Shown here one piece after another: positions 34,174 to 40,067 of a stretch of DNA of 40,067 nt. The notes under the pieces are model-generated. The model ran no database searches. It worked only from the letters and a program-made list of their open reading frames with translations, and was not told where the DNA came from. The translations under genes and the position numbers were made by a program. The first letter of the stretch is position 1; every line of letters begins with the position of its first letter. The stretch lies in contig NC_068983.1 in NCBI RefSeq assembly GCF_001194135.2, positions 149,128,229 to 149,168,295 on the forward strand, given 5' to 3'. Source of the stretch: Octopus bimaculoides. Its lineage: Eukaryota.

Positions 34174-34609
34174 AATATTACATAACAAGTAAATAGTAAC
34201 GCTTTACATATAAGAAAAATTTTTTAACACTACCAAGTTAAATAAGTTTGGTTTTTTTTTCTTTTAATATTAGATAATGGTAAAGCGTCAAGCTGGTAGA
34301 ATCATTAGCATGCTGGGAAAAATGCTTAGTGGCATTTCGTCCGGTTTTACGTTCTGATTCGACCGAGGTCGACTTTACCTTTCATTCTTTCGGGGGTCGA
34401 TAAAATAAGTATCATTTGATTACTGGGATCGATGTCATCGATTTGCTCTCTCCCCCGAAATATCTGGCCTTGTGCCAAAATTTGAAGCCAATATTATATA
34501 ATAGGTAAATGATAACGTTTTACACATAAGAAAAATAAAAGGTATTCTTTTAATGCTACAAAGTTAAATAAATTAGGATTTCCTTTTTTCAGTACTAAAT
34601 AATGGTAAA
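34174..34609. repeat. Diverged ~95-100 bp tandem duplication split by a SINE A insertion
   Basis: AATATTA.ATAA..GTAAAT..TAACG.TTTACA.ATAAGAAAAAT...AAGTTAAATAA.TT.G.TTT occurs at 34174-34265 and 34490-34589. Confidence 0.8.
34285..34489 (+). mobile_element. SINE family A, full length, with ~19-bp degenerate TSD
   Basis: GCGTCAAGCTGGTAGAATCATTAGC...GGGGTCGATAAAATAAGTA...GGCCTTGTGCCAAAATTTGAA, flanked by AATATTAGATAATGGTAAA and AATATTATATAATAGGTAAA. Confidence 0.92.
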
Positions 34610-35119
34610 ATAAGGAGCACTACGAAGCAGTAGTCAAAAATAGAGTACTGCTAAGATGCTACAGAATAATATAGTTAAGTGACTTGGCAAGAAGAGTAAA
34701 GCGTCTAAATGTCTTTAACGAAGTATTAACGAAGTATTAAGCATGATAACATTAGTCACACGAGAGTATATTGAATGAAGGGGAGGTAAACATTATTTAA
34801 CACTGCTTGAGTGAGTCAAAGACGTGGCTACAATTTAAAATCTAAACAAAAAATTATCTTTAAAGAGTTGACACCACAAGATAATCCAGTCAATTAAAAT
34901 TGGAAATAGCTAATACAGTGAAAGAAAGGATGTTCTAATCTTTAGCTGACGTTGTAACAGCTCCTGAAACATTTTGAACATATTAGACCTCATTAGTTTT
35001 GTCCACTTACATTATAATTTGAAATTAATGTCTCTGAAATCGATTCAGTCGACTTTAAATGTGTGAATGTGTATCAGGGAGAGAATATCTAAAATATTTT
35101 ATAAAGTTTGTGCACATCT

Positions 35120-35167
<48 letters not shown>

Positions 35168-35335
35168 GAAATTTATAGAAAAACAAAAGACGAAGACAGA
35201 TGTATGAACAACAAGCAAGTGTATTAGTTTGACGCTGCTTGGGAAAAAGGAAAAAGTCTTCAACAGAAATGAATAAGAGAAAATAAACAGAGAGAGAGAA
35301 AGAAAAAGAATTTGTAGATTTCAGCGGTCCAGCAT

Positions 35336-35533
35336 GGCGGGGCGACAAGCTGGCAAAATGCTTAGAGACATTTCGTCCAACTTTAGGTTCTCTGAGTTCA
35401 TACTCCGCCAAAGTTGCCTTTGTCTTTCATCCCTTTCCGGGTCGATAAAATAAGTACCCGTTGAACTCTGGGAGTGATGTAATCAATTTATCCCCTCCCG
35501 AAACTGCTGGCCTTGCGCCAAAATTTGAAACTA
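35336..35533 (+). mobile_element. SINE family A, near full length
   Basis: AAAATGCTTAG..CATTTCGTCC...GGGTCGATAAAATAAGTACC...GGCCTTGCGCCAAAATTTGAAAC. Confidence 0.9.
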
Positions 35534-35535
35534 GT

Positions 35536-35569
<34 letters not shown>

Positions 35570-35759
35570 AACCTTATATATAAAGTTAGATTGTAGATTA
35601 CAAAATTTTAATTGAAATAAGTTTAGTATATTATTAAAGGTATCTTCAAAAGAATTTGCAAACTACTTATACAATGTATGCTCGGACCCTCTCCAAGATG
35701 TCATCTTTATATTCTATGGCCAATGAGCTGCTTCCACTTGAACCTAGTATCCAGTTCGG

Positions 35760-36800
35760 CATTTAGAGTTACATACTGAAAGAAGTCCAGATATTTGAGA
35801 ACAAGATGAGAGTTCCTCAAGAAATGATGGTACTCGTACAATATATGCAAGCCTTGGCTTCTCAGAAGTGCTATGAGTTTGTTGTGGTAGACATGGAAAG
35901 AAAGTGTTATGGTTCAGAACTGGTATTTGTCGAAAGGACTGCGAATAAATAAAAAGGGAACGTGAATCATCAGTTGACTACTTTAGTCGCATGTATCTCT
36001 TTCGTGTAGAGAGCAGAGTAAGTTTTGGAGTACAGATGACAATTATTTTATTGCTGAGTAGGCTCATACATATATCGGTTTGGGAAGCTGGACTCTGGTT
36101 TTATAAACTTTGTTGAACATTTGAAGATGGTCTGGAATTCCATTCAGCATGCTAAAATGAAGAGAAAAATCTAGATTATAAAATTTGACGGACAAATGCG
36201 TATAAATGTGTTCTCAACGTGCTGTTATGCAAAGCTTTAGATTTTTCTCTAAAATGTGCAAAAGAGCTTCCCTTATAGCTTCTAGAATGGGTATTTATAT
36301 GTTCTATCTCCAAAAAGTTTACTGCCAACTAGTAGACACTTGAGACAGGCAACAAGATGGATGCAATAATGTATTGTTCTTTTTCCTGATGGCTACGGAA
36401 CTGTTACTATAAGATATGAGAAATTACCACAAGAGATAAAAATCGGAGGAAATATTTTATAGTTATTGCTGCAGACTTTTGTGAATGATGTTACCACCAT
36501 ATTAAAAACAAGAATGATAGCGGAAATTTTCCTGGAGCGTTCCAACTATATTACAGTAATACGAAAGAACACTAAAAGAATAGTAGTTTATCAGTGAAGG
36601 AATTTCGCTCTGAAATTAGAGAAGATCGTATGCAGACCATCATGTGTCGATCATTAGGAATATTGGTAGCATTCATATGCAATTCCAAGAGAAGCAGTGA
36701 GATCGAGTCCAAATTAAGAGAACCAGCTGCCACTGAACTGCAATTTGACGAGGTAATCCAAGATTTGAAGTTTCTAGTTTGGCCTTTTCAATGAGAGTGG
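35760..36800 (+). mobile_element. Decayed RT of an RLE-type (Hero/NeSL-like) non-LTR retrotransposon
   Basis: Ordered frameshifted motifs: LW*TWKESVMVQNWYLSKG, FSRMYLFRVESRVSFG (cf. FRPISLLNVEGKIFF), FVEHLKMVWNSIQHAK (36109), NAYKCV...KALDF (cf. DLANAYGSVPH), DGCNNVLFFFLMATELL, FVNDVTTILKT (36478; cf. FMDD) and LKFLVWPFQ (cf. GKFK.W.YQ). Confidence 0.75.
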
Positions 36801-37265
36801 CTTAGTATCTCGCAAATATTGAACTATATAAGGCTATTGAAAACGTAATGTTATTAATATCGCTAGCAGAGAAGTTTAATGTAACATCATGTAGTAGCAG
36901 ATAAAATCCTGCTGCTACATGATGATACTGGATTCTGTGATTTTTCTTGTTTCTTTGATCCAGTAAAGACGTTACCAGGAAGAAAATGTAGTGTGGAACA
37001 CATTGTCGATATCATGAAAGAGAACTTTAAAATGTTGGGGATTCATGGAGAATTGTAGGAAGGGAAAATACAATCATGTACTTCATACGACATATCTGAA
37101 TTGTCTAAACAAAGTGTTTTTTTTTTTTAATATTGACAGTACTCTCGAAAGTATTCAAGAATTAATTAGATCTACGATAAAAGTCTATTGAACGAAATAT
37201 GACAAAAAGGATGAACCTCGAATATGCCGATACAAAGAATATGCGCATGTATTACTTGTGTGCGC

Positions 37266-37342
37266 GCACACACACACACACACACACATACACGTATATA
37301 CATACATACATACATACATACACACACACATACATACATATG
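37266..37342. repeat. (CA)n/(CATA)n microsatellite
   Basis: Directly visible. Confidence 0.95.
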
Positions 37343-37960
37343 AAACATTCCCGCTAACCGAATGATTCAAACAATCAAATCACTAGCTGCTATTCACTGT
37401 ATATAATTAAGACAAAGATTTCAATATGTGTTTCTATTTGAGCAGTGACAGAAATTACATAATTTTACATTAGACTATATATAAAAGGATGTGATGATGG
37501 ATAAATTGTGCATCAAATATATAACTGCACATATCGAACATCAGATTTGATTAATAAATCATTGTAATAATCATGATAATAATCACTTGTCAAATAGATA
37601 CTAAACTGTTGAAAGAAATTTCAATATTGAGAGTTCGACATTGCCTCAACAAATTTATGTATCTAAACTATATATTGATGTAACGATATATTTTACATTA
37701 CATCGGGAAAAGATGGAGCCATTTTGATCCTTCTACAATTATATCGTTATGACATGAAAATAACGACAATGTTTTCAATATTTGCTAGAAAAATATGTAT
37801 GCGTATATGTGTATGCGTGTTTCTATACTTTTAGAGAGAGGAGAAGAAAGAGAAAGAATGAAAGAAAAAGCAACTCAGGGTAAAATTTACGAAGTAAATA
37901 AGAGAAAAATCGAAATGAAAAAGCAAACCCAACAATTCAATATAATCCACGCTATTCACA

Positions 37961-38187
37961 GACGTCATTAGGATGCTGCACTCGCGATCGCAAGCTCATG
38001 GTCTCTATTTCTGGACTATGCTCTGCGTTATGATCTCGAGCAAAACGCTTAATTTCACGGTTATTCCAGTCTCCCCGGGTGTAAATGAGTAAACCTGCGA
38101 CGGACTGGTATGTCGTTCATGAGGACGTAATGATTCCAATCACTCATACGCCATGGAAACTGGATAACCGGTCCTATAAGACCAAGG
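37961..38187 (+). mobile_element. SINE family D, old diverged copy
   Basis: TTTCTGGAC...GCAAAACGCTTAATTTCACG...TCCAG...CCATGGAAACTGGA aligns with the reverse complement of 23076-23323. Confidence 0.7.
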
Positions 38188-38307
38188 ACTTGTGGCTGTA
38201 CTTTATTTTTGTTTACGGATATAAAAAGTTAGACATATATACATATCTACGGTTTCACAGACACATACATTCACACGCACATACACACACACACATAGCT
38301 AGTTAGA

Positions 38308-38351
<44 letters not shown>

Positions 38352-38496
38352 TTGTAAAATGTACAATTATATGCAACATATTCGTGCACACCCAAACATA
38401 AGACCTTCACTGCGGTAATTGTCTTGGTAAAGAAATTCTCCTTATTGGCTATGTGAGTGAAAAACATACTATTGGGTTCTGAATGAAGTTATAGGA

Positions 38497-38539
38497 CTGT
38501 AGGACATGTTTCTGTATCATTACGCTTCATCAGCTACAG
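38497..38539 (-). ncRNA. Minimal type-I hammerhead ribozyme
   Basis: Minus strand: CTGTAG-CTGATGA-AGCGTAATGATACA-GAAA-CATG-TC|CTACAG. The core is intact, helix I is a perfect 6 bp, the loop is the palindrome CATG and the site is GUC. Helix II is weak. Confidence 0.78.
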
Positions 38540-38580
38540 ACACTGAATCCGTCGTTTTTAGCCCACTAAGAAGTACCATT

Positions 38581-38747
38581 CTTATATTTAAACAGCAATA
38601 GTAAATTTGCTGAAGCGTGCAAACGACGGATTGGGATATATATATATATATTGGTTGCGTCAATCTTTTGAAGACACTTCTTTCAAGTGCCACTCTTATT
38701 CTTAAACAGCAACAGTAAATTTGGTGAAGCGTGCAAATGACGGATTG

Positions 38748-38758
<11 letters not shown>
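38581..38758. repeat. Direct duplication of a ~62-bp unit ending in (AT)n
   Basis: CTTAT..TTAAACAGCAA.AGTAAATTTG.TGAAGCGTGCAAA.GACGGATTGG.ATATAT at about 38581 and 38695. Confidence 0.9.
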
Positions 38759-38799
<41 letters not shown>

Positions 38800-38801
<2 letters not shown>

Positions 38802-39118
38802 TCAGTTACGACGACGAGGGTTCAGTTGATCCGGTCAACGGAACAGTCAGCTCGTTAAATTAACGTGCAAGTGGCTGAGCACTCCACAGACGCGTGTACC
38901 CTTAACGTAGTTCTCGGGTAGATTCAGCGTGACACAGGGTATGATAAGGCTGGTCCTTTGAAATACAGGTACAACAGAAACTGGAAGAAAGAGTGAGAGA
39001 AAAGTTGTGGTGAAAGAATACAGCAGGGTTCGCCACCACACCCTGCAGGACCCTAGTGGAGCTTTAGGTGTTTTTGCTCAATAAACACTCACAACGCTCG
39101 GTCTGGGGAATTGAAACC
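38800..39118 (-). mobile_element. SINE family B, older copy, truncated at both ends
   Basis: Colinear with 10650-10965 (TTAACGTGCAAGTGGCTGAGCACTCC, CCTTAACGTAGTTCTCGG, GGAGCTTTAGGTGTTT, CACTCACAACGCTCGGTCTGG). Confidence 0.92.
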
Positions 39119-39587
39119 TCTGATTTCAAGAACGGTGGAAGTGTAAACTATAAAATAATAAGTAGGTGGCTTATTAGCAATTTAAAAACTTAAAGGCAAA
39201 TTTATAGATGTCACTAAAGTGACAGAGGGTACAAAGTGGTTTCAGCATTGCTAGAAATACCTTATAGATAGGCTAAGAATCAGATGAATGTAACTGGGTG
39301 CAAATGCAATTTGCGAGACGTCTATGCAGCAGAAAGGTGCGTCGGACAAATATGGTGTCTAAATGACTGCAGAAATATACAAATGCATTAATCTCTGTAT
39401 TTATTGTAATTGTCTTGGATACACTCTTGGTAAAGTATTCATAATCCAGCGAAGGGAACCCAGAATTTACTCTTTGGGTGAAATCCAATGGGATTGCCAA
39501 CCTCAGGTAACCCTTGGTGCTCCTTACCACTCGATGTGGTTAGCTACAACTTGCTCGGACGGTACCCGCCCGCATACTTTACTACCT

Positions 39588-39660
39588 TTGTGTGTGTGTA
39601 TGTATGTATGCATGCATGCATGCATTATGTATGTATGTATGTATGTATGCATGTATGTAT
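39588..39660. repeat. (TG)n/(TATG)n/(CATG)n simple repeats
   Basis: Directly visible. Confidence 0.95.
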
Positions 39661-39904
39661 CTTTGTATGAATGCGCGTATGTATGGGCAGGGTGTGTGGG
39701 AGTTTTTGTGACTTTGCATATATTACTATTTCTAATTACATACAGTCGCACGCAGATGCGCATAACTCAAACTTTGTTTTCATTCTAAAATACTAATCAT
39801 TGATTATTCTTACATGACTAACATCCAATCAATAGATTTTTTTTCAGATATGATTGCGTATCAATGAAATATTTCACGCAAATATACCTTTATTTGATAT
39901 ATAC

Positions 39905-40000
39905 CTGTGTGTGTGTGTACATACATGTATGTATGTATGTATACATATTTATGTATATATAAATATGTATGTATATATACACACATATATATATATATAT

Positions 40001-40067
<67 letters not shown>
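39905..40067. repeat. (TA)n-rich compound microsatellite
   Basis: Directly visible. Confidence 0.97.

Noticed and set aside
35165-35290. Repeat-like segment with minus-strand CTGTTGA, possibly a deleted PLE-type terminal repeat
   Set aside because: There is no helix II or GAAA downstream, and the family identity cannot be supported from this window alone.
39425-39570. GC-richer island with a small hairpin (GGATTGCC...GGTAACC), possible retroelement 5' end or HDV-like ribozyme
   Set aside because: I could not assign P1/P2/P3 pairings, and there is no second copy in the window.

Overview
This is AT-rich, repeat-saturated eukaryotic non-coding DNA from a gapped draft scaffold with 7 N-runs. 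The SINE/LINE/Tc1-mariner repertoire and microsatellite load suggest a cephalopod (Octopus-like) genome, which is an inference and not verifiable here. No intact host protein-coding gene, rRNA, tRNA gene or CRISPR array is supportable, and most listed ORFs are N-run or microsatellite artefacts. The window is a transposon graveyard. It holds five Tc1/mariner relics (two with both TIRs), a possible pogo/Tigger relic and a hAT-like MITE. It also holds CR1-type, RTE-type and Hero/NeSL-type non-LTR relics, a decayed Penelope-like element (RT plus GIY-YIG), and about 20 copies of four SINE families (my labels A-D). The most interesting signal is a set of minimal type-I hammerhead ribozyme motifs with palindromic loop III at three unrelated loci (14179 +, 19150 +, 38497 -). 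The one at 19150 sits in a ~200-bp fold-back with its own antisense copy and is followed by a second degenerate hammerhead. All alignments were done by eye.
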